A DNA stretch of 64,000 nt, from positions 71,858,001-71,922,000 of the forward strand of contig NC_079168.1 in the NCBI RefSeq assembly GCF_947568905.1. The letters run 5' to 3'. The position numbers were made by a program, and so were the translations under genes. The notes under the pieces are model-generated. The model saw only the letters and a program-made list of their open reading frames with translations, was not told where the DNA came from and searched no databases. Below are positions 52,439-64,000 of the stretch, one piece after another; position 1 is the first letter of the stretch; each line of letters opens with the position of its first letter. This DNA is from Ostrea edulis (lineage: Eukaryota).

Positions 52439-54938
52439 ATTTTTACGAAGGATGAAAAACTTATTTTACACGGACTATACATCGCCCTTCATAGCTATAC
52501 ATTTGCGATCCTTCTTAATGTTTACCTACCTTTGTAAACTTAGAATAAAATATTACAAGATCTGTTGAGCAGTATTCATCGAATGGCGTACTCAGTAAGA
52601 CTGACTTCGTACACAGATAACCGCTAAATTGTATTTCAATGCCATAAAACATGGTACGGAAACAAACAGACGGAGGATTGACAGCCACACAGTGAAGAAC
52701 GCGATTGTTCTCTACGAATATTACCCATAATTAATGGTTTTAAAGTTTAAACATTTACTTTTAGAATTGCAAATTCGAAATATCGTGCAATGAATTCAGT
52801 CAAGGTCAATGTACTGATTTAGCTTACAGGTCAAGAAGCAAAATAAGTCTTCAAGTTTTTATCCAAGGGAAAAGTGGTTAGAGGGTTTTTTTTATGGTAT
52901 AAAGATATTGGAAGCATATCGGCAAAGTAAGTGAATTTTCAGGGATGGTATTGCTCAGGGGTTATCTGATTGCCTTCGGTTTTCTTGTAAGTATTGGAAA
53001 TACCAGCGTATTTACTGCAAACAATTGTCATCACTGCGATAATTAAAATATCATAGTGATGGTGTCACCATACTCCGGCCACATAAAACAAGAGCCACCA
53101 CTTAATGTCATCTCCACAGACATGTAAACGATCATCATCTGTCATCATCATCGCCATTTTCATCATTCTCAACTTCATCATCGTCATACCACGGTATCAC
53201 TTTTCCTAAGTGAAGAACTTCTTTCAAATTATTTCTTAAAAGAGAAGGAATTTTACGACTTTAGATTTACTACAATTATGATTTCGGGAAGAATTTAAAT
53301 GAATTTTTAAAATAGTTAATTTCCATTGACGTAAATTGCCAATCGTTCTAGTTTTCTACATTTTAATTTCATGCCATTCTCCTATTTGCCCTTGGAAATC
53401 TTCCATATGTTATCATCAAAACTAATATATTCCCGAAGTTCTGATGAATAACAGTTTATAGATGTCAAGTTTATAATAAGACATTTGTAAGTTAAGAAAC
53501 AATGTCGTAGAGACTATGCTGTCCACATCAAGATAACAAAAAAACAAACAAAAAACAACAATAGCTGCTGGTCACAAACACTGTAGGTTTCAAATCACAA
53601 CTCTTGTCCGTTTTCTTTCCTGTATTTAGACCCCCAGACAAAACCGATCTATGTTTTACACACTGTACAATTTCGTCATATAATTTAGAAAATAATCATC
53701 CTGATATAGTTGGTGCAGGATTTTAAGTGCATCGTACATCAGTACAAAATAACAAGTACACAAAATGAAACGACGCCCTCCGATATTGTAACATATAACA
53801 TATCTGATTTTATTGTGTGAACAAAAACATTGTGTTTGTATTAAAATTTGCGATTTTCGATTTATATAACTTTATAGTCCTGAATATGTAAAACAAAGAA
53901 AAGTATGCTTAGAGAGACGGGTGTGACCATCACTATTCTGTATAATAAATTAATTAAGGAATAAATGTCTAGGTATATTTTTTGTTGTATTATAGAGAAA
54001 TGAAAACAATGGAAGCCTGTAGATAATTGGTATAATTACACTATGCTTTCATTGTTTGGTTTTCTTTTTAATCTCCAAGACATTCATATTTTGAACTTTA
54101 CTTTGTTTCTTTTATGAATAGGTGGTTTTGTCATTTTCATAGCTCGGTGCTTTGTTCGAGAAATAGATATATTAGAATTATAGCGTAGCTTTATTACTGA
54201 CCAAACAATGGTAAATATAAATACTATAAGATAATATTATTCCTCTCCGGTGTATACACTTGGCCACAAGTGAAGGATCACAGCTATTTCAAACAAACAC
54301 GTTCTAATTTTACTATTTAAAAGTTGATTTACTATATATGAGATTTTGTATATTAATATTTAGACAATTGAATTCTGATACAATTTTGAAATAAAGTTAT
54401 GGAAGTGCCATTCAGTACATTGTAAGAGGGTAGCAAAAATCAAACAAATGTATTACCTGATCAAGATGTAGGGCTCACGGCGGGGGTACGAAGTAACAGG
54501 GGATGCTTACTCCTAGGGTCTGATGTGCCCAGGGGTCCGTGTTTGCCCTTCTCTTAATTTTGCATTCTTTATATGATTTATGAGACTGTTCGTTATTTTC
54601 ACGTTTTCATTTATGAATCCACAGGACCAGTAAACGAGATACGACAACTTGGCATTAGTTATAAAGATGTACCATTTCGTCACAATTATTGATTTAAAAA
54701 AAATTCGTATGGAGTGCATGCCCATGGATTCTGTAAAAGTTCTGAAAATCTAGATGTAAAGTGGAAAAAATCAAACCCAGTGTACAACAATAATCCCTAA
54801 AATCAAACTGTGTCCCTGTATACTAATGAAGTGATTTTATATGACTTACAGCAATAGAGTGATCTTAATCTTTGACAGTTAGATCATTTGTTTTATCTCT
54901 CTGTCACTAAATCTATCCTTGGTGGTGACTTTTATCCA

Positions 54939-55199
54939 CCCGGGATCCGGGTTAGAATAGGTCCTCTGTGTTCCTTGCGTGTCAAAAGAGGCTACTAAAT
55001 GTTTACGGAGACGTCACCATTGCCAGTGAAGGACTGCAAAATTTTGGCCTATGTTCGGCGCTTACCTTTGAGCAGGGAGGGATCCTTGTCGTGCCACACC
55101 TGGTGTGACACGGGGCTTCGGGTTTTGCAATCTCATCCGAAGGACCTCTTACGGCAAGCAAGGGGTTCTGAGGACCTATTCTAACCCAGATCCCCACGG
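54939..55199. mobile_element. Rearranged SINE type A: plus-strand head fused to a minus-strand copy
   Basis: 54939-55000 is a head on the plus strand; 55001-55199 is body plus head on the minus strand. Confidence 0.75.
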
Positions 55200-56849
55200 A
55201 ATGCTATGAGACTGATCACTGTTCGTTATCTTCACCTTTCATCAATATATACTCCTTGAAATGAATCAAACGAGCCCCCCACCCCCCACCCAAAAAAAAT
55301 TGAGGGGAAACTGAAATTAATGTGTTAGCTAGGGGGTGAAGATTAAAAAGATGATAGTGTCTTACAATCGTCATCATCCTTACTTCTAAAGAAACATTCT
55401 TACATTTATAACACACTTTGAAGTAAACGAACTTACTTAGCTAAATTATCTATAACGATACGTCCTAATTTGACATGGATTCATTTAAGCCACGGCGTCT
55501 AGATTGATGTAAGAAATAAAGCTGTTGTATTCTCTACTGAGCTGTATCGTACTGATTTACACCGGTAATCGTCTTTAAGAAGATCGATACACCAATCATC
55601 TATTTCACCTACATCACCCACACTAGCATCACAGGACATTAAAGACGATTAGGTGGGCCGAGTTTCGTCATTTGCGTCTTTTCTGTTACTTGACTTTTCA
55701 ACTAGTTCTCCAGACGCTCCGATATGTTGATATCTAGATATACGTACATGCAAAGTAATCCCCCATGAATTTTATCATGACTCTCAATACAGGCCTTAAG
55801 TACTAAATGTAGTTAAAGGAAAGCATATGTTGGATCCCGGATGACGGGCGAACGTTCTTAGTCTGATGAATCTCGCAAATCCTGTGTTCGGAGTTCAGGC
55901 GTCTGTACTTAACTTGACCCGCGACATTCAATGTTCTTGAAGTTATGCAACAGCAGCGATTTTATAACATTACCAGCTGGTTTGTCTTTACGTCCACTAT
56001 CATTAACATTAATTATGCATTGTTTTAATGTCAAATCAAGGACAGACAACGCCTATTTTTGGAGGATGTTCCGTAGGAGACGTGCACTATACGGATCGTG
56101 GTGACAAAGCACTATCTCACTATATGTATCGTATATGTTAAATTATTTCTAATTTCTGCTGTATGCACACCCTTGGTGAGCTTATTTCACTCAGAATGAA
56201 TATACATGTATATATGTATAAGTACCTCATTAATACTATTGCTTAGAAATTAGTTTAGTCAAGCGAAAATACAAAATTTGAAATATTTCTGAAAATGTGT
56301 TTGAATCCGTAAATTTAATACTTAGAAGACTTAAGACATTGAATAAGGTGACTTGCATAATATCTTTGACGTTACTTTCCATGTGTTTATTACTTCTACT
56401 ACGAAATCATCAAATGGGGATGTTTCTAGAGTTCAAGACGTCCATGATTGGCTAAATTTGAATTTCAATTACATTGCTGGCTTTGAATTATCTCTAAAAA
56501 GATACGTGATTGTGAAATTTTTCTAATCAGAATTTCCCAATATAGGGAAACCGATTTAAATGTGTGGAATTCGTCAGATCTTATGAAATCCCTTTATCAG
56601 GTATCACTCCGTGGTTTTGATAATTTAAAATTCTCTTTCTGTCCGAGACGAGAACGATGTCAGCAAGTGCTCGTAGGCCTTAGTACTTACTTTAGGGACT
56701 GGACAACGCACAGCAGAGTTAGATTTATTCAGAGCAGTAGTTTCATCTTTATTTCAAACTGATTCAAGTATTTCCTTATTCTAGTATCCGTGTCGTCTTC
56801 ACAGGTTTTGTAAGAATTGTATTCATATACTCAATATAGATATGCATCT

Positions 56850-57245
56850 AGAACTGATGTATCGATATTATTTATTGAAAATTCTTATAGTTGTAATGCT
56901 TTTGATGTTAGCGTCCTGTCTGAGAACAAGAGGAATAAATAAGAGATGTTGGCAACCACTCAGATTCACTACAATCTGCAGCATTGGGCCACAAAAGAAA
57001 GGTTTGTGAAAATGGCACCTTCATTGTCTGCTGGGTAACATCTACCTTGCTTTGTGCACTCCGATGCAGTCGTAATGTCGGAGTAGGTCTCCGTATTTGA
57101 TACATCTTTTATTGTTTCAGTTCAATGTCGCAGAACCACAAAGCGATGTCTGTACTTTAAAGGAGTCTCCAACAACAGCGATGCTTGTGTACTGTAAGGA
57201 TTAATGGATGTTCATGAATGCATCCCATGTATAAAGCAATGTATT
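56850..57245 (-). pseudogene. Possible TIR-domain remnant upstream of paralogue 5
   Basis: YTWDAFM at 57233-57213, then about 30 codons later LRH*...ETYSDITTASECTK...FVAQCCRL, and LFLLFSD...YLY further on. Frameshifted; match made by eye. Confidence 0.3.
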
Positions 57246-58814
57246 GAATGAAACTAGAGTGCAGTTGTAACAGTTTACACAAAAGAGTTCAATGTTTCAT
57301 AAGCACCTGCATAAAATGCCCGTTTGCAAGCACACAGGTAACAATGTCAGTTTCCTAATACCAGTGATCGGATGTAATGAATTATTCATGATTTATTTAT
57401 CATTTGTTTATTAATTCGTTTATCTATTTGCTAGCAACATGGTATTGGTATACGAAGGTTTAAAGTCAGCGCAGAACACGGAGGGGTAATATCGGGTCCA
57501 CTAAAAGTAATATAAGAAATCGTTTAGCAAGGTGGACACAAATAACGTACGAATAATTTATTCTTCGTTTCTCGCCCCCTGATTCTGAGGATTGTTTGTG
57601 TTTTCACCATTTTCGTGAAAAATATAACTATAAATGAAGATAACGAACAGTGATCAATCTCATAATTTCTATAAAGAATCCAAAATTAAGGGTAGGGCAT
57701 ACATGGACCCCTGGATACAACAGAGTTTATCATTTATGTTACATTGTATATTTAAAACAGGCAATAAGCAATTATTAAGTATATGCACATTTCATGAGGC
57801 ACAGCAGTTGAAGTCGGATCGTTGTTTACACGACACTCGTAAATTATAAGATATTGGCAAATGACGAAAAACAAATCCCAAGGTGTATCAGTGCATTGTC
57901 TACGACATCGTTCTATGTTATTGAACCCTTATTACAACTTACCTGTCAATCAGCTGATGTGAACTTTAATAGATTTTTTCAGAAGGTCAAACTGCAACAA
58001 AGTACAGGTTAAAAAAATAGATCGAATTCATTATTGTACCATTGTACATGCTGAGATGTCGATCGTGCAATATGACCTGTACTAGGTCACAAAGAAACTA
58101 AGTACGAAAGAAAACAAACACGTTTTGAAGATACGAAGTCTATAATTTAGTTTAGGACTTAATACTTCTTTAACAATGATGATGATAATGTACATATAAT
58201 TGATTAGGTTTGGTTGGACATATCTAATCTTCTGACCGGATATATTAAAAGGTACCAGTGTAAGTTATTTAAGAATAAGGACATTAATCTGAAAGAGACG
58301 GACAACAAATTCAAAATCATTGGGCACGGATATTACTAAGGGAGTGTAAATTACCATGAAAAATTCAGATGATTGTGATCTGTAAAATACGGTACATAAT
58401 TCAGCATTTGTATAGACTTCATTAATTCCCCTTCACTGTATGGTGTGTGCTTTTACTTTGCCTTCAATAGATGCTTTTCAATCTCAACATTGTAACGTTA
58501 TACACCATTAGGGACAACCCTTCTCTATAATAGGATAACGTATGTGATATATCGTACTATACAATATCCTTGGTAACTTACGTCAGCTGTCTCAGACTTG
58601 ATGAGAGTATGGAGGAGGTTTCATTATCATGTTAATGTTGTATATTATATCCGTGATTTGACAGATCCTATGAACATGTTAACTCCTGTATCATGATGAC
58701 TGTATAATAGCAGCTCGGACGTCAGGTTATCCTTATTATTGAAATTAGGCGGTTTTAATGCTTCGTACACCCATTTTAACGTCTTATAAGTGCTTGAAAT
58801 TTTGCTTTTTTTTT

Positions 58815-58818
<4 letters not shown>

Positions 58819-58860
<42 letters not shown>
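58819..58860. repeat. (TC)n microsatellite
   Basis: About 21 TC units. Confidence 0.95.
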
Positions 58861-58864
<4 letters not shown>

Positions 58865-58870
58865 CTCTGT

Positions 58871-59509
58871 TAGTCCGAAATATCTTGCGTTTTCCTGGGT
58901 TTTTTTTATGATTTTGATATTTATCGTGCCGTCCCGGTAAATATTAAAATCATTTAAAGGGACTGATTCACGATTTTCCCCAAAATTTTCTTCTTCACTT
59001 TCAATGATCAAAATCTACTGCCTGATGTGTTTAAAAGATTTCACATAAAAATTAAAGTGATACGTTATCACAGAAGCTCATTGTAGAGAGTTTATTATTT
59101 GTTTTGTAAACATAGATTGCGGTGTGTTATTGTTTACGAAATTTTCAAAAGAAATATATATCGATCTAAGTTTATTATATCTTTCACATTTCAAACATTT
59201 TTGGGGTAAAATGTGTCATCTAAAAGTTAAAATTTGGGACTACGCAAAATTAAGATGCTTTATTTTACAAAATCAATATTTTACTTGCTTGTTTGTATAC
59301 ATAAAATGACTCGAGTCTTTGTTTACATAACAAAGATTCAAGGCTAAAATATTGCTTTTATTCTTGTATTTAGAAGGTCCAAATTTTGGATGTCAACATT
59401 AAATGAGTTATATTTTTAATGTTTAACATCAAAAATGAAAAATATTTTTATCAAAAATCGTGAACCAGTCCCTTTAAAAAGCCAGGAAAACGTCAGATAT
59501 TTCGGACTA
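58871..59509. repeat. Outer 28-bp inverted repeat enclosing the MITE
   Basis: TAGTCCGAAATATC..CGTTTTCCTGG at 58871-58898 is the reverse complement of 59482-59509 with two mismatches. Confidence 0.75.
58958..59473. mobile_element. Non-autonomous DNA transposon (Kolobok-like MITE), 516 bp
   Basis: 20-bp TIRs AGGGACTG(A/G)TTCACGATTTT with one mismatch; TTAA on both sides (58954-58957 and 59474-59477); AG...CT termini. Confidence 0.8.
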
Positions 59510-60930
59510 TCTCTTTGTGTGCGCGCGTGTGTGTGGATACCGACATGTTGTCTGATCTTGGCTTTTAACTTCTCCTTTCCATCCACTACTGCTCGTGGGA
59601 AACCCATATTCAATACCCTACACTGATGAACTGTAAATAACGTATTGTTTTGAAGTGTTATTACGAAACAATGTATAATAACAAACAAAACGTTTATATC
59701 TATCAAAATGAAAAGGACATCAATACTTTATTATTAACACGAGAAAATTTGTCAGACTTGAAAATGACTTTGACAGGAATGTATTGTGTTTTCTGTGCGT
59801 TTAGAATATATTCACGAAGAATCTCCCCAAATTTTCTGAGCAAGAGGGTTACACCTTATGTCATGAACTCAAGAACCCTTTTATCATTTTTTTTTTCTAT
59901 AGGTCACATCGACTAAACAAGTACCGATATTAATTTAAAGAAGAGTGCATTGTATTTATTACATTGTATTGAGTACGTTGTATTGACTCAGTGGTACAGA
60001 ATAACATTTGTACCGTGATGTTACCAAGGCCATACTCCTGTTCCACGATAATGATCCAATAGACGTCTCCATTGTCCTTAAAATGTCGTCTCGACATATT
60101 CTTAATAATCAAATTAACCGTTAAGTTATAAACAGAGTGACACGTGAAGATAAAACTTGACAATGTAAGAGATTAACAAAACAAGGTATTGGGAAACAAT
60201 ACGGGGAACTGGTGAGATGATATCTACCTATAGTCTAATGTCAGCTACAGCTTGTCCAGAACGGGACTTTTTTTTGACGTCTTCAAAAACAACTTTGCTT
60301 CCCAATTATTTGTAAGAATATGTTTGTGACAATTTCAAATTATCTCTTGCAAATTATTTGTGACATTTTCAAAACATGTCGGGTGTGACCTGGTCGACAG
60401 TTGGTGTTTCCAGGGCCCATGTTTGCTCTACTCTCAATTTTGTAGTATTTATAAGATCTATAAAATTGTTGATCATGTTCGGTATCTTCACCTTTTTTTC
60501 GTTCTCAGATAATGCAATTAATGATTTTTAACGTTTCATAAAGAATGTCAGATGACAAAGAATTTGATAAGAAAAAAGTATGAATAATCATATAATTCAG
60601 ACTAAACACAATAAATGAACGATCATAAGGAATCGATAGAACTCATACAGAAATGAATGTCCCCCAAAACTTTCACCTTTGTGACACATTTAGAGTCTTT
60701 TATGTAGAGAATGGTCATTACGACAACAGTGTGTGACAATGTTTTCATTACTGTTAAAATATTTTGAAAAGCTATATCTATATCTATGTAGACACAAATT
60801 AAATATTGTATTAATATCGATATGAAATGGTGAGTGTATGTACTTAGTGCTCTGATAATCCGGCAATGTCCTTTTGTACGTGTATCAAATGACTAAAGAT
60901 CGGATCTTTTGAACTATAATCTGACGGTTC

Positions 60931-60953
60931 CTACGTCACAGCTGGATATATAA
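60931..60953 (+). promoter_or_regulatory. Putative core promoter of paralogue 5: CRE/ATF-like CTACGTCACAG plus TATA box
   Basis: CTACGTCACAG at 60931-60941 and TATATAA at 60947-60953, about 120 nt before the ATG. Confidence 0.6.
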
Positions 60954-61075
60954 GGAGCTGAAGACTTCAACCACTACCATTTAACTGGAATCTCCCAAAC
61001 GACTACGTGGTAGTTGCATTATAGTATATTCACAGTTTGTTACATCCTTCTTTACGACCACTGTTGGAATTCAAA

Positions 61076-61743
61076 ATGGTTGCTGCTGCAGAGAAAGCTG
61101 TTCATTGCACTGTTGTTGGTGATGGATTTGTGGGAAAGTCGAGTCTTGTTCAGAAGTTTGTGCGTGGACAATTCAACCCGGAATATGTCGCCACGCTAAA
61201 GGATGAATACACCGCTAGAGTGTCTACAAATGGAGATGTGTATCGCCTGCATGTCACCGACATTGCTGGAGAGGTAAGAACATTGCACATCTTCATTTCT
61301 TTTCGTCATGATTAAGATGATGAGTTTTCGCATGCTCTACACAGTTTACTAGTACTAATGTATATGATTTATATCTTGAATAGCACGAAGACATGTCCTC
61401 TCTACCAACACCCGAAATCTTCATCGTCTGCTTCAGCTTAGTGGACAGAGATTCGCTGGATAGCGTCGAAAACTTCTGGATGCCTAAAATTCGCTCCGTG
61501 GGAAAATATATCCCTATCGTACTTGTTGGTACCCAGTCAGACATGCGAAATGCAACTGAAAATGGACATATATCGGCTGAACAAGGACGTAAAATAGCTA
61601 AAAGTTTGGGAACTGAATACTACCTAGAGTGCTCCGCTAAAACGGATATGAAAATTCGGGAAGTATTTGAAAAGACTGTACATGCCAGAATTCGCCATTG
61701 CAAGAAAAAAGTGAACATTATAAAACGCATGTTTAGTCGTTGA
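61076..61743 (+). CDS. Atypical Rho-family GTPase paralogue 5, 185 aa; exons 61076-61273 and 61384-61743
   Basis: G1 GDGFVGKS, switch [11 protein letters not shown]3 DIAGE, G4 GTQSD, G5 ECSAK. The 110-nt intron runs GTAAGA...GAATAG with a CTAAT branch-like motif; start context is CAAAATG. Ends [13 protein letters not shown]-stop. Closest to paralogue 4 (identical exon lengths, 198 and 360 nt). Confidence 0.93.
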
Positions 61744-62044
61744 AACATTTTATCCACTGCTCCGACAAAGTGGCCCTTGAGTCACTACTGAGTTATATAA
61801 TAAAATGATAAGAGTACTTCTCGGAGGAATGAACGGTCTTCCGAAATCGACGCTCCTACTGCCGCCAAAACCAAATAAGCTTTCCTTGTGGATTATGAGC
61901 TTCCCAATGGCTATAGAAGGAAATGGAATAGAAGTCTAAAACGCCAGCGGTCCAGAAACGTATTTCCCCACTAAATTGTTAAAAGTGGAAGTGGCATCAT
62001 TGACTGGTTTAACAGAATCAATGAAGAAGATGAAAACCGCTGAA

Positions 62045-62177
62045 GCACAAGCGACAATGTACGAAAACGCACGAGTGTTTAGCACAAGAACACACGAGTG
62101 TTTAGTACAAGCGACAACGTACGAAAACGCACGAGTGTTTAGCACAAGCGACAAAGCATGCCAACACGCGAGTGTTT
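62045..62177. repeat. Irregular tandem repeat downstream of paralogue 5
   Basis: G(C/T)ACAAGCGACAA.GTACGAAAACGCACGAGTGTTTA twice, plus shorter units ending CGAGTGTTT. Confidence 0.8.
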
Positions 62178-63611
62178 GATTAACAATGAACTTTGTAAAT
62201 AAAAACTGTAAATATGTGGATATTTTGGATGTAAACTCCATTGAAATCATTCTATATATCTTTCAAATAAAGTAGTGATTTGATAGTTCATGTTTTGCTT
62301 ATTAATTGACACCAGTAGCAAATGACATATGTTGAAGTATAACATTGTTTAGTATGCATGTGTTGAAGTATTTAGAAAATGTGTACTTGAAAGCTTGAAT
62401 TATGGAATAATCTTTAGATATATTTAACGTTATGCATATTTTCCTAACCAATCAATACGAGTGTTAAGGTTATCAAAAAGTACCAGTTATAAAATCTGCC
62501 TATTCAATTTCTCGTCGTTAATTAGAATTCCGGAGATCAAATCGTTTTTATACATACGAAACTCATTCAGATTGTAGACATAATGATTCGAATGCATTCA
62601 ACTGTTAAAGTGATTTACTTAAAATAGTCAATCAAGCTTGTTAACAGATTGTTCAAATGTCAGAAGATTCTACCACGATCTACTTGACGTTGAGAGATGT
62701 TGATTGATTTCACAGGATTAAATTCTTCTGTAATTAAATAAATCTTAAAAGTCAATGCTATCACTCTGTAGACGAACAATTATTATTGCATTATTGAAAG
62801 ATGCAATCTTCGTACATGTTGGAATGTTTATATAACTATAAACAATTGGCTGACACTACAAATTATCATCAAAATTGGACACTGCAAATATATTTATTTT
62901 TCATACATGTATATTGACTGCAAAGCTGTAAATTCAGCACTGCATGCACTGTATACAAATTAATAAAATGACAAAAATAAGCATACTAAAATGACCTGCC
63001 ACTGGGCGTCTTGGGATCGGGTGGATGAGTTGAAGTGCTATTCTTTAAAGAATAGGTTTTTGTTACTAAATAATTCCTCCTAACAATTTCTACATCGATC
63101 CTTAAATCAGCTTACACTTATCTATCTGAAATATATTTCAATGAGGATAATTTGGGTGATACGAAGGTCAAGTAGCTTACCACGGGCAAACGGTAAATTT
63201 TAAATCATGTTTGACTTATCCTACGGTTTGGAGAGTTTTTCGTTTTTGTTTCTTTAGTTACAATTCTTTGAAGTCACACATCATCAGACGTAACTTTCGG
63301 TTGATATCCCTTCTCAGCTAATCTTATTTCGTTTGAATAAGAAACCAGTGCGTTTATACTTGACAGTTCCTGTTTGAAGACATTTTAAGAGAGATTTGTT
63401 TTCACTGAAAGATACCATTGTTACATAATTTTAGGAGAATATAATTTTTCAAGCTGTGCAGTTTTTATATTTTAGTTGAGGGGAAAACAAAGCAAACAGG
63501 AATTGGAATATTTGTGGTCAAGGGAAATAATAAGCAGTAATGTCAAAGTGGTTTATATACACCTTAAACCGGTTGATATGTACCAGTTACTTTTGACACC
63601 GATTCATATAT

Positions 63612-63950
63612 ATTTACATTTTCAATATTTTTGCCGTTGATATCGCAACAAATTGCAATGATAGCCATTTCCTTGTGAGTGCGTTGCAGGTGCAAACAAT
63701 GCGCGTATGGATACAGATAAACATAGTACGTCTATTATAATGGCTAGGAATTCCGACAGAACTGAAAGCAGAATGTAAATATAACAAATAAACTCCCATT
63801 TTGAAAAAAATATATGAGAGTGTGAAATGTAACGCTTCACACACCCATACTTTTCATGAAGCGCGCGCTTCTTCACACAGGCATATTTTTCATGAAGCGC
63901 GCGCATCTTGAAGTTTGCAAGTGTGAAGCGTCGAAATTCATTTCTTTAAA
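63612..63950 (+). repeat. Dispersed repeat of about 320 bp, copy 3
   Basis: Collinear with copies 1 and 2; carries an internal duplication of about 38 bp (CTTCACAC...TTTTCATGAAGCGCGCGC twice). Confidence 0.7.
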
Positions 63951-64000
63951 TGTATACTGAGGAAAGTATGATGACATCATGAAACTTTAAAACATTTTTT

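Noticed and set aside
55863-55910. CTGATGA as a hammerhead ribozyme core (also CTGACGA/CTGATGA at about 4112, 22033, 35800, 53443 and 59623)
   Set aside because: No stem II followed by GAAA and a cleavage triplet could be built, and none was found in the Penelope-like terminal repeats.
61976-62179. ORF with a repeated YENARVF peptide downstream of paralogue 5
   Set aside because: It arises from the local tandem repeat, has no ATG start or convincing splice context, and shows no domain similarity.

Overview
AT-rich, repeat-dense eukaryotic DNA, most likely from a bivalve such as an oyster (inferred from the SINE, Penelope-like and MITE content). The only intact genes I can support are five paralogous two-exon Rho-family small GTPases: three on the minus strand (about 10.0, 16.2 and 24.2 kb) and two on the plus strand (about 42.6 and 61.1 kb). 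All five have a short phase-0 GT-AG intron straight after the codon equivalent to Rac/Cdc42 residue 61. All five are atypical in the same ways: catalytic Gln61 is Glu, P-loop residue 13 is Met or Phe, and there is no CAAX box. Four end in a shared basic amphipathic tail (e.g. NIIKRILDR-stop), four lack most of the Rho insert, and switch I/II differ strongly between copies. Between them lie several heavily decayed stretches that read by eye as Toll-like receptor remnants (LRR, LRR C-terminal cap and TIR motifs), including a roughly 3-kb tandem triplication; these calls are tentative until a frameshift-aware search is run. The rest is Nin/Deu-domain SINEs of two head types, Penelope-like (Naiad-type) fragments, a tRNA-bearing TRIM, a Kolobok-like MITE, pogo, Gypsy and DIRS-like relics, foldback palindromes and mini/microsatellites.
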